Assembly: GCA_038087875.1 (NCBI GenBank)
Contig: JAXLNO010000174.1
Coordinates: forward strand, 1-64,000
DNA length: 64,000 nt
From: Malacoraja senta
Taxonomy: Eukaryota
Reading direction: 5' to 3'
The position numbers were made by a program, and so were the translations under genes. Below the pieces are notes generated by a model. It was not told the origin of the DNA and searched no databases. It saw only the letters and a list, made by a program, of their open reading frames with translations. This document shows positions 1 to 11,685 of the stretch, piece by piece (the first letter of the stretch is position 1; the number at the start of each line of letters is the position of its first letter).

Positions 1-700
1 CTCCTGCAACAGGGACTGACCCACATACCCATGAAAACGGCAGGCATCGATAGGGCCCATGCAAATGTGGGTTGCTACATCTTTGACTTGGAGGAAGTGG
101 GAGGAGTAGAATGACAAGTTTTTAAGGGAGATGACCAGTTACGCTGGAGGTCCGCCGGAGGAGTGCGTTAAGAGAGATAAATTGGCTGGTTCTACGGTGA
201 ACGAATAAACGGAAGGCTTTATTGCCTTCCTGATGGGGGTGGATGTATAGACATCTGATGTAGTCTCGGGAAGGTGGTCAGGTTCTCCGGCGACTTCGGC
301 GGCCTCGTCCAGGCGTCGGTGGGAAGACGATAAGGGCCCGAGTGTCGGTGGATGATGGTTCTGCACCTCCTTACGTGGATGGTATTCCGGGTCTCTACTT
401 CAAGGTGGTCAGGCAATGGTGGAGCCACGCGCCTGTGGATGCTAAAGCAGTACCGGCGGATAGACGTGTCTGGAGGCTGCCAATCATGTGATCCTTAGTA
501 AAGTACAGGTACGCGTGTAATCGTTTAGTGAAAGCATGCACAGACCGTAGATTTAGGTAAAGTTGTGGTACATTGCAGGTCTGCGTGAGTGAAGCCCGGT
601 GCTGCCGAAGGCGCAGAGCGAGGGCCTGCTGGTGCCGGCGTATGGCGGTCAATGTCAAGCGCAGGGCACGGAAGGAAACTGTTGCAAAAAGCGGTAAACG
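1..700 (-). mobile_element. Penelope-like retroelement RT fragment (degraded)
   Basis: Reverse complement of 1-140 is a decayed KGVAMGTRMGPSYACLFMGY-type motif, similar to the copy at 43640-43780. Right boundary uncertain. Confidence 0.55.
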
Positions 701-785
701 ATGTCGTCATGGAATCGTTGGGCCGAAGGAATTTTCAAAAGTTTTATTTCTAAAACTATAAAAAAAACAATGTATCCGTTCTTCT

Positions 786-1846
786 ATTAATGCCAAACAT
801 ATTAATCCGCTTCCTTGGCAGCTGTTCCATTCTGGTTAATAAAAGCTCGTTTCCATTTGCAATATTCTCCACCTGCCCTTCGCTCAAACTATCTGCAGAA
901 ATCTCACACGAGTTTATAATTTATATATTCGACTTGGCTTACGTGAAGTTTCTACTCCAAACCGATTCGTGGTTTCACACATGCCATTCTACAGCAAAGT
1001 ATAAAATCATGAGAGGAACAGATCGGGAAGATGCACAGAGTCTCTTGCCCAGTTTATGTGGAATCGGGGAACAGTGAAGTGAAAACCCATAGATGAAGGG
1101 AAAAAATACCTTCTGAAGGGGAAAAAAAGGAATCTGGGGGTAACCTTTTCAGATAAAGTGTGCTGGGTATATAGAATATGCTGCCAGAGGAGGTAGTTGT
1201 GGCTAGGATTATCTCAACTTTTAAGAAACAGTTAGACAGTTGCATGGATAGGACATATTTGGACGGATATGGACCGAATGCGGACAGGTGCGTCAATGCA
1301 GCTGGGATATGTTGGCCGCTGTTAGCCAGTTGGGCCGAAAAGCATGTTTTCCACGTCATCACTCTATGACCCAATGACTCCATGATAGGACGTTTCGCTT
1401 ATAGCTTTTCCAGGATGCCTCGAACTCTGCACCACGGGATGAAGCCTGGATTGAGAACCAGAACGTGTGGACCCTGATATCTGTCGAAATTGGGGCTTGT
1501 TAGACAATCTTCGTTGGGTTGTCTCTGGGGTCCAAACAAACGAGAAGCTCTATACAGAGTACGGAATCAAAGAAACACTCGTCAGTATACGGAGCGGAGC
1601 ATTCTCTAACGATAGTTGAACAGTTCCCGACAATCCCTCCTTGCACCACTCAAGCATTCTATTTAATGGGGTGAATGGCGAGCTGAGCAGGTTTAAATCG
1701 AATCTTTGCGAACGCTGCTCTCGGTTGTTTTGAAATAGACACTTACTTATATGCGTCGATAAACCCGGAAGCGTGAAGTCATATGATTCTGCGATCGGTT
1801 GCGTGAGCATCACTAATCCAAGAATAAATCAAAACACGTTTCGCAT
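786..1846 (-). pseudogene. Beta-defensin-like pseudogene (third paralog)
   Basis: Exon 1 (1846-1747) MRNVF*FILGLVMLTQPIAESYDFTLPGLSTHI has an in-frame TGA at 1831-1829 and a phase-1 GTAAGT donor. Intron block 1390-1490 and the promoter 18-mer are shared with A and B. After acceptor ttctgcAG (894-893) there are only frame-shifted remnants (RRAGGEYCKWK / WNSCQGSGLIC). AATAAA at 748-743. Confidence 0.6.
998..1385 (+). mobile_element. CR1 LINE 3' fragment in the intron of the defensin pseudogene
   Basis: YKIMRGTDREDAQSLLP-type CR1 ORF2 C-terminus and a degenerate (ctctatga)n tail. Confidence 0.65.
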
Positions 1847-2479
1847 TGTCCGCGCTTCTCTTGTTCAGTGTCAATGAGCTGATGAAGAGTGAGTGCTATT
1901 TAATTGATGCTGCATTGATCTTGAGCATGATGGGGCCGTGAGGTTGTTGCAAAAGTTTGGTGACAGTGTAGGTGCGGCGTGCAAGTTATAATTAATTTCA
2001 TACAAGGGGCGTCCGTCAGTCTGAACATTCCAGGTTGGATCGGAAACACCGCTCATTGACAATGACAAGAATCGCAATGTTCCTCCGGTGAACAATACCT
2101 GTCACCGTTGCCCATATATAGTTTAACTTCTTCCCCATCACTTTCCAAGGTGCACCATTCCTCACTTCTCTGAATGGAAACCTTCCAACCAATCCTCCGT
2201 CCATATTTGTATTGATCAATATTCCGCTGTATCCTTTTCTATGTTCACTGTAACCCATCACTGCCAATAACCTGTCACCACTTAGCTACATTCATACCTT
2301 TCAAATATATAATCCACAAACTATCAGGTCCCCGCAGTGCACCACTGGTCACATACGTCCAATGAAAAAAAACATTCTTCCACCACTCATTTATCACCAA
2401 AGACTGAACCTTTCTCAATTCAGTTGAGATTATCAGTCTGTTGCCTTTCTTCTCTAATTTCACGCGAATTTAGTTGCCA

Positions 2480-2830
2480 TTATAATCCTGTCCCGGGGAA
2501 TGACGCCTCTCCACCTGCCTGTCATTCCAGCAGCGGAGGTACTGACTGTTGGTATGCAGTACTAATGCGGAGCGTTCAGAAACTGTCCTCGGTGTATATC
2601 CTGTGTGCGTCATCATCTTTGTACTGCAAGGTACTTATGTACACTCCAGCGTTTGGTTCACAGTTGCCTTTACCTTTGATCGCTATGTGAGCAATTGCTC
2701 CACGAAGCTAAAAATTAAGTCCTGCACCGCAGAAAGAACCACAATGATGCTGGCGAGAACTTGCATTTTGATATGTTTGAAGAACTTTCTTTTTTTAATT
2801 GCATTTCATTTGTATCATTTTATGGACAAT
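2480..2830 (+). pseudogene. GPR139/GPR142-like class A GPCR pseudogene fragment (copy 1)
   Basis: YPVCVIIFVLQ...SSVWFTVAFTFDRYVSNCSTKLKIKSCTAERT...CLKN matches TM3-DRY-ICL2-TM4 of GPR139-like receptors; IILSRG lies upstream in another frame; TM5-7 are missing. Confidence 0.7.
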
Positions 2831-3527
2831 TTGAATGTATTTTTCAAATAGGGTACGGGAATGTGGAATTCGGTTCAAGAACACCTTTCGAGCAACCAGT
2901 AGGCTTTTGACACAGCATAAATCTATCCACAACCACTAACCATAACCATATAACCATATAACCATATAACCATATAACCATTACAGCACGGAAACAGGCC
3001 AAGTTTGGTGACAGTGTAGGTGCGGCGTGCAAGTTATAATTAATTTCATACAAGGGGCGTCCGTCAGTCTGAACATTCCAGGTTGGCTCGGAAACACCGC
3101 TCATTGACAATGACAAGAATCGCAATGTTCCTCCGGTGAACAATACCTGTCACCGTTGCCCATATATAGTTTAACTTCTTCCCCATCACTTTCCAAGGTG
3201 CACCATTCCTCACTTCTCTGAATGGAAACCTTCCAACCAATCCTCCGTCCAAATTTGTATTGATCAATATTACGCTGTATCCTTTTCTATGTTCACTGTA
3301 ACCCATCACTGCCAATAACCTGTCACCACTTAGCTACATTCATACCTGTCAAATATATAATCCACAAACTATCAGGTCCCCGCAGTGCACCACTGGTCAC
3401 ATACGTCCAATGAAAAAAAACATTCTTCCACCACTCATTTATCACCAAAGACTGAACCTTTCTCAATTCAGTTGAGATTATCAGTCTGTTGCCTTTCTTC
3501 TCTAATTTCACGCGAATTTAGTTGCCA

Positions 3528-3880
3528 TTATAATCCTGTCCCGGGGAATGACGCCTCTCCACCTGCCTGTCATTCCAGCAGCGGATGTACTGACTGTTGG
3601 TATGCAGTACTAATGCGGAGCGTTCAGAAACTGTCCTCGGTGTATATCCTGTGTGCGTCATCATCTTTGTACTGCAAGGTATTTATGTACACTCCAGCGT
3701 TTGGTTCACAGTTGCCTTTACCTTTGATCGCTATGTGACGAATTGCTCCACGAAGCTAAAAATTAAGTCCTGCACCGCAGAAAGAACCACAATGATGCTG
3801 GCGAGAACTTGCATTTTGATATGTTTGAAGAACTTTCTTTTTTTAATTGCATTTCATTTGTATCATTTTATGGACATTTG
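3528..3880 (+). pseudogene. GPR139/GPR142-like GPCR pseudogene fragment (copy 2)
   Basis: Duplicate of 2480-2830: SVWFTVAFTFDRYVTNCSTKLK. Confidence 0.7.
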
Positions 3881-3984
3881 AATGTATTTTTCAAGTAGGG
3901 TACGGGAATGTGAAATTCGGTTCAAGAACACCTTTCGAGCAACCAGTAGGCTTTTGACACAGCATAAATCTATCCACAACCACT

Positions 3985-6900
3985 AACCATAACCATATAA
4001 CCATATAACCATATAACCATAACAGCACGGAAACAGGCCATCTCGGCCCTTCAAGTACGTGCCGAACATTTTTTTTAAATTTTTTTTTTTAAATTAAAAA
4101 TAAAATACTTCCCCCTAGTCCCATCTACCTGCACTCAGACCATAACCCTCCATTCCTTTACCGTCCATATACCCATCCAATCTATTTTTAAAGGATAACA
4201 TCGAACCTGCCTCCACCACTTCCACTGGAAGCTCATTCCACGCAGCTACCACTCTCTGAGTAAAGAAGTTCCCCCCTAATGTTCCCCCTAAACTTCTGTC
4301 CCTTAATCTCAAGTCATGTCCCCTTGTTTGAATCTTCCCTACTCTCAATGGGAAAAGCTTATCCACGTCCACACTCTCTAACCCGCTCATAATTTTAAAG
4401 ACCTCTATCAAGTCCCCTCTTAACCTTCTGCGCTCCAAAGAATAAAGACGTAACTTGTTCAACCTTTCTCTGTAACTTAGTTGCTGAAACCCAGGCAACA
4501 TTCTAGTAAATCTGCTCTGTACTCTCTCTATTTTGTTGACATCCTTCCTATAATTAGGCGACCAAAATTGTACTCCATACTCCAGAATTGGCCTCACCAA
4601 TGCCTTGTACAATTTTAACATTACATCCCAACTTCTATATTCAATGCTCTGATTTATAAAGGCCAGCACACCAAAAGCGTTCTTTACCACCCTATCTACA
4701 TGAGATTCCACCTTCAGGGAACTATGCACAGTTATTCCTAGATCCCTCTGTTCAACTGCATTCCTCAATTCGCTACCATTTACCGTGTACGTCCTATTTT
4801 GATTTGTCCTGCCGAGATGTAGCACCTCACATTTGTCAGCATTAAACTTCATCTGCCATCTTTCAGCCCACTCTTCCAAATGGCCTAAATCTCTCTGTAG
4901 ACTTTGAAAATCTACTTCATTATCCACAACACCACCTATCTTAGTATCATCTGCATACTTACTAATCCAATTTTCCACACCTTCATCCAGATCATTGATG
5001 TACATGACAAACAACAGTGGACCCAACACAGACCCCTGAGGCACCCCACTAGTCACCGGCCTCCAACCAGACAAACAGCCATCCACCATTACTCTCTGGC
5101 ATCTCCCATTCAGCCACTGTTGAATCCATCTTGCTACTCCACCATTAATACCCAACAATTTAATCTTCTTAACCAACCTTCCATGAGGAACCTTGTCAAA
5201 GGCCTTACTGAAGTCCATATAGACAACATCCACTGCTTTACCCTCATCAATTTCCCTAGTAACCTCTTCGAAAAATTCAAGAAGATTAGTCAAGCATGAC
5301 CTTCCAGGCACAAATCCATGTTGACTGTTCCTAATCAGACCCGGCTTATCCAGATGCTTATATATATATATTATCTTTAAGTAACCTTTCCATTAATTTG
5401 CCCACCACTGAATCAAACTAACAGGTCTATAATTGCTAGGTTTACTCCTCGAACCCTTTTTAAACAACGGAACAACATGCGCAGTACGCCAATCCTCCGG
5501 CACTATTCCCGTTTCTAATGACATTTGAAATATTTCTGTCATAGCCCCTGCTATTTCTACACTAACTTCCCTCAATGTCCTAGGGAATATCCTGTCAGGA
5601 CCTGGAGACTTATCCGTTTTCATATTTTTCAAAAGTGTCCGCACCTCCTCTTCTTTGAATCTCACAGTTTCCATTGCTACTCTGCTCGTTTCCCTTACCT
5701 CACATAATTCCATATCCTTCTCCTTCGTGAATACCGAAGAAAAGAAATTGTTCAATATCTCCCCCATCTCTTTTGGCTCTGCAGATAGCTGTCCACTCTG
5801 ACTCTCTAATGGACCGATTTTATTCCTTGTTATCCTTTTGCTATTAATATAGCTGTAGAAACCCTTTGGATTTACTTTCACCTTACTTGCCAAAGCAACC
5901 TCATATCTTCTTTTAGCTTTTCTAATTTCTTTCTTAATATTCTTTTTACATTCTTTATACTCCTCAAGCACCTCATTTACTCCATGCTGCCTATAATTAT
6001 TGTAGATCTCTCTCTTTTTCCGAACCAAGTGTCCAATTTCCCTTGAAAACCATGGCTCTTTCCATTTTTTACTATTTCCTTTCAACCGAACAGGGACATA
6101 AATATTCTGTACTCTTAAAATTTCACCCTTAAATGTCCTCCATTTTTCTTCTACATCCTTCCCATAAAACAACATGTCCCAATTCACTCCTTTTAAATCC
6201 TTTCGCATCTCCTCAAAGTTAGCCTTTCTCCAAACAAAAATCTCAACCCTAGGTCCAGTTCTGACCCTCTCCATAATTATATTGAAACTAATGGTATTGT
6301 GATCACTGGACCCGAAGTGCTCCCCGACGCATACCTCCGCCACTTGCCCTGTCTCATTTCCTAACAGGAGGTCCAGCACTGCCCCTTCTCTAGTAGGTAC
6401 CTCTATGTATTGCTGCAAAAAACTATCTTGCATACATTTTACAAACTCCAAACCATCCAGCCCTTTTACAGAATGTGTTTCCCAGTCTATGTGTGGAAAA
6501 TTGAAATCTCCCACAATCACTACCTTGTGCTTACTACTAATATCTGCTATCTCCTTACTTATTTGCTCTTCCAATTCTCGCTCCCCATTTGGCGGTCTAT
6601 AATACACCCCTATAAGTGTTGCTACACCTTTCCCATTTCTCAGTTCCACCCAAATAGCCTCCCTAGACGAGCCCTCTAATCTATCCTGCCAAAGCACTGC
6701 TGTAATATCTTCCTTGACAAGCAATGCAACACCCCCACCTCTTGCCCCTCCAATTCTATCACCCCTGAAGCAACGAAATCCTGGAATATTTATTTGCCAA
6801 TCACAGTCCTCCTGCAACCATGTTTCACTGATCGCCACAACATCATACTTCCAGGTGTCAATCCAGGTTCTAAGCTCATCCACCTTTCTTACAATGCTCC

Positions 6901-7045
6901 TAGCATTAAAATATACACATTTAAGAAACCCACCACCACTTATTCTCTGTTTATTATCTTTTTCTTCTTTCTCCCCTACATTTTGGGTCCGAGTGCTTCC
7001 CTTCTCTGCCTCCTGCCTCCCACATTTTCCACTAGCTTTCTCTAA
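3985..7045 (-). mobile_element. CR1 LINE, 5'-truncated, with near-intact ORF2 (APE + RT)
   Basis: ORF 7048-5393 has APE motifs (YFNARSI, ISETWL, GDFNFP, SSDHN). ORF 5311-4115 has RT motifs (DFSKAFD, GVPQGSVLGP, YADD). (ATGGTTAT)n tail near 3985-4022. Reading frame broken near 5310-5400. Confidence 0.95.
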
Positions 7046-10000
7046 CAACTACGGCGAGGCTGTGCCACCTGCACTGGCTGATCAATGTCCTAATGAGCTG
7101 GCTTAAGACGAGCCACTGCCACAGTCTCATGCCTGCCGCCAATGTCGAGCATTCAAGTCGAGGTGACGTGCAGCAGCACCCGGAAAAGACCCTCATAAAG
7201 CCGTTGCGGCGGATTCCGCTGAGAATCACGACGCAGGAACAGACACTGAAAGTCCTTGAGTGCAGATGGGACGCGCGAGGAAGTAAGTCCGTGGTGCGAC
7301 GTCGGAACAGGTGAGAACGTGCCCACCTTTTCCCGGAGACGCACTAGCATGGTCGAGGGCGGCTCCTGCTGCACAAATACCCCGGAACCGTAAGCGGGGC
7401 GCCGCACATCAGCTCAGCGGAAGAAGTAGCCATGTGCTCCTACGGGGCAGTGTGGATCCCCAACATGACCCACGGCAACTCGTCCAACCAGTCTGGGCCC
7501 GTGAGCCGTGCCTTTATTGCTGACTTCAGATTGCGGGGAAAACGCTCCACCTGTAGCCGTTGGATTGCGGGTGGTAGGCCCGAGTGTGATGTAGCTGAAC
7601 AACCCGCAGCCGGACAATAGAAGACCACAGTGCGGAGTTTAACTGAGCACCCCTGTCAGAAGAGATGTCCACCGGCACACCAAAACGGGAAACCCAGTGG
7701 GCAGCGAGAGCACGTGAACACGTTGCAGCGGAGGTATCCGCGAGCGGGACGGCCTCCGGTCATCGCGTGAAACGGTCCACGATAGTGACAAGGTGGGTGA
7801 CACCTGTGGATGGGGTTAGCCGTCCCATGAGCTCCACGTGTATATCGTCGTAACGCCGGTGCGGCAAGTAAAAATCTTGCAAAGGCGCCTTGACGTGACG
7901 CGGAACCCTGTAGGCAATACGCACCCTGATCCAGTTGCTGACCTGCCTGTGCAACCCATGCCACATAAAAATGGACGACACCATCTCCGGCGTAGCACGG
8001 ATGGAAGGGTGAGCCATACCATGAATCATATCAAATATCCGGCGACGCCAAGCAGCGGGGATGATGGGCCTCGCTGACCGTTAGACAAGTCGCAAAGAAC
8101 CATGGTGCCAGAGGGACCGCACTGTACATCTTTCAACATCAGGCCGGAAATGACGGTGCGGTAGGCGAGCATCTACTCATCCGCATGCTGTGCAGCCGCC
8201 AGGGCCGTGTAGACGATGTCCGAGGCCTAAACGTGGACGACATTGATGACGGTGCGGGACAACGCATCGGCGACCCGGTTGCTCTTACCCGTGATGTGCT
8301 GGATACACGTTGTGTACTCCGATACGTAGGGCAAGTGAAGCTGCTGCCGGGATGGCCAGGGATCAGACACCTTCGCAAAAGGAAACGTTAGGGGCTTGTG
8401 AGCAGTAAAAGCCGGGAAAGCTCTGCCTTCTAGAACATAACGACCATATTGGACAGACAGATAGAGCGCAAGGAGATCACGGTCAAAAGCATTGTACTTC
8501 TGCTCAGGGGGTCGCAGGTGACGACTGGAAAAGGCAAGGGGCTGCCAACGGCACAGCAGTGTCGGAGGCGTGAACCGTCACAGCGGTCTGAGCATCGGCC
8601 CCGGCGGTAGGACCCAGCATCGTCATCCGCGCCACCCGCGTCTATCGCGACGTCAAATGCGGCCGTGCCTCTATATGTCTGTCCAGCATGGTGTTACAGC
8701 TGTCCCGCTGCTTGCTGGCCAGGCCCCTAAGCGGTCTCCTTTGCGAAGGTGTCTGATCCTATCCCTGGCAGCCGCTGGCTACACATCGGAGTACACAAAT
8801 CCAACAACTCCTGGAGTCCTCTCACCGTGTAGGGCCAAGGTAACCGAGGAATGGCCTCAACCTTGACCCGGACGGGACCTATAATGCTGGGTAACGTGAT
8901 GGCAGAGGAAACTGATATAATTAAGGCAAAACTGACACTTAGCCAAGTCGATGACCAGGCCAATGCTCGTTTAGCCGCTGACAAAGCATCCAGAGGTGAG
9001 CACAGTGCTCCTGGCGAGAGCGACAGGCGACGAGGATGTGCTCCAAACAAATAAACAAGAAATCCAAACCACGGCCCACCATGTCTGTAAAGCGTTGGAA
9101 AACTGAACGGCGTTCTTGAGGCCGAAAGGCATCCGGGGAAATGGAACAGCCCAAAGGGGGTGATGATAGCTGTCGTCCGGATGGACCGGAATTTGATGGT
9201 AGCTACGAAAGAGCTCGATCTTAGAAAAACATTGGCGCCGTCCAGATGGCCGTGAAGTCCTAAATGTGAGCACCGATCGGCCGTCGTGGCTTTATTGGGA
9301 CGGCTGCAGTCTCCACAGGGCCTTCAGCCCCAGACACCTTGGGTCCATTTGAAGCGGAGTTGTCCTCGGGCTGTCTGAGATACGCACAATACCCATTTCT
9401 GCCATCTGGCGAAAGTCGTCCTTGGTAAGCTGGAGCTTATCGGGGGAAGCCTACGTGCACGTGCGTGCAGTGTTGGTCCGCTGTGTGATTATGGTGCACC
9501 ACACCATGTTTGGGACTGGCCGAGTGAACTTGGGAGGTTAGGATATCGGGTAATTCTCCAAAATCTGGGCGTATGTATTGTCAGCGGAAGACACCGTGTC
9601 GAGGCATGATGCAGCTAAGGCAGCGGAGCGCAAGGAGATCGATTCTAAAGTCGCGGAATGGATGAGAGGCCGACGCTTCACCTCGATCAGCAGGGAGTGT
9701 GCGCGGAGGAAATCGGCGCCAAGCAGCGGCTGGGAGACGTCAGCAATAGTGAAAGCCCAGGTGAAATGACAGGAGCCGAAAATGAGAGGAACCGTGCGGC
9801 CACCGTACGCCCTGATTGAGCGGCCGTTGTCTGCGGTCACAGAAAGCACCTGTTGACCGGAACGAGTGACGACTCCCGACGGGGGCAAAATGCCGATCTC
9901 CGCTCCCGTGTCGACGAGGAAACGCCCCCCAATGACGTTCCCATGCGATGCTTCTGAACGGCCGAGGTGTTTCCCGGATCCGTGCAGGGTGGTCGGCATC

Positions 10001-10937
10001 GGCGTGCCTCGGAACCCCAGCGCTGGTGGTAGGAGCATCACGTGCCTTTACCGGCGTCTCTCGTGAACGGCTTCACTGCCGTGCCCTCGGTGGAGGTTGT
10101 AACCGGCCGCTAGACCCGCCGAGGCGCCTCCGACGCCCGACCAATAAAGGCTCCACCCTGCTGCTTGGCCAGCCACAGTTCGTCCGCACGGTCAGCCAGT
10201 TGCAGGGGGTCGCGAAATCCTCACCCGCCAGAAGCCAGCGAACGTCATCGGCTATCTGCTCCAGGAAAGCCTGCTCGAACAGAAGCCAAGGCTGATGGCC
10301 GAGCATCAAGTTAAGTGTCTCGCTCATTAGCGCGGACGGCTTGCGATCGCCGAGATCATCCATGTGTCGCACTAGCGGTTTGGGCGCGGCGGCTGAGCCC
10401 GAAAATGCCCAAGAGAGCGCTTTGAGGCAATTGTCCTTGTCGACAGCTGGCGGCTAGCGAAGGTAATGCATGAGGCGACCGGCGTTGTCCTGGTCCAGGC
10501 ACCGACCACGTAGTAATATTTAGTCGCGTCGGCCGTAATGTGCCGAATGTGGAACTGTGCTTCAGCCTGTTCGAAACACACGTGCGACTGTGAGATGCTG
10601 AAAACGGGCAATTTAATGGAGACGGCATTTTGTGGGGCTGGGTTGGCGGCGGCTTCAGTTTTCTCGGCTGGATTGTCGGATGCGTCCATGATAAAAATCC
10701 AAAATAACCCGTTTTGGATCATCGGAGTCAACAATATAGAGATCCAAACGTTGTGATCAATACAATATTTTATTAGATATTACAGTTACGCGCGTTTGGT
10801 GAGGACTAGAGCAACGTTCCTTCCGTTGCTGTCGGGCACGCCAGTTGACTGACGACTGACTCATTAGCAACTCCCGCCAAAACCAGCTCTCCTGATGAGG
10901 GTTCTAGCTCACCGTGGGGACGAACTGTGGCGCCACA
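7046..10937 (-). mobile_element. Gypsy/Ty3 LTR retrotransposon remnant (5' LTR, PBS, gag, PR, RT, RNase H, IN; no 3' LTR)
   Basis: gag AVSIKLPVF...AEAQF and LGDRKPS; protease FLVDTGAE; RT FSKIEL..YHQIPV, MPFGLKNA; RNase H QPLAFSSRHLRPPEQKYNAFDRDLLA; integrase IHGMAHPSIRAT, LVTIVDRFTR, WLDELPWVMLGI. LTR about 10937-10735 with AATAAA; PBS at 10734-10717. Many frameshifts. Confidence 0.9.
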
Positions 10938-11379
10938 CATTGATTATTGTATATTTATTTTTGTTTTCCGTTAATGGGCTCGAAAAACAGGCGTTTGGGC
11001 CATCGTTTGTGACATAAGAATTAAACTCTCTTGACGTGATTCGTGACTGCTGTTCACCTCCCTAACACAGACCGGCGCTTGGGGTAACAACTCTCTCTGT
11101 TCATGTCAGGCTGCTTGTGCAAACAGTAGTCTGGTGGTGGTGCGTCTTTCAAGCTCATTACTGCGACATCGTTTCGAAGACTAACCAAGATAAACTATTT
11201 CTCACGCTTTTTTTTGAGACCTCGGTCATATACGCTTTGAAATGCAGTTTACCCATACGCTTTATACTTCAGAGACTAAGTAACTGACAATATCGGATCA
11301 CGCTCCAAACGTAGTTTTATCCACAAACGCGCGGGCACAGACAGGGATACACAATGACACACAAAGACATGCAAGGACA

Positions 11380-11460
11380 CACGTACAACAAACACCGACG
11401 CACGGGCGCAAATGCACACGCACGCGCGCACACACATACACACAAACACACACACTAACA
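11380..11460. repeat. Imperfect (CA)n/(CG)n microsatellite
   Basis: cacacgcacgcgcgcacacacatacacacaaacacacacac. Confidence 0.8.
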
Positions 11461-11685
11461 CTGTTAGTCATGTCCTACTCCATTCTGGAACTAGCTAACT
11501 ATCTGTACCAACCACTATCCCTGATCTTTGGGGCTGGTGATGGCGGCACAGTGTCGGAGTGGTAGACATACTGGTCGGAGAACTAGGAAGGGGGAGGGAT
11601 GGAGGGAGAGGGACCAGCAAGTTTTACTGGAAGTAAGATAACTCAATATTGATACCTCTGGGATGTAGTCTTCCCAAGCTTAACT

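Larger units (their letters stand above)
1953..4039. repeat. Direct tandem duplication, about 1.05-kb unit (1953-3000 and 3001-4039)
   Basis: Both units start aagtttggtgacagtgtagg and end ggaaacaggcc; near-identical, with scattered substitutions and a different AACCATAT repeat count. Confidence 0.95.

Noticed and set aside
1829..1831. In-frame TGA read as selenocysteine
   Set aside because: It lies in a signal peptide, no SECIS is apparent, and exon 2 is also disrupted; a pseudogene is simpler.
11040..11200. Exon-like minus-strand stretch between the Gypsy LTR and the microsatellite
   Set aside because: All three frames after the candidate acceptor hit stops, and there is no recognisable homology.
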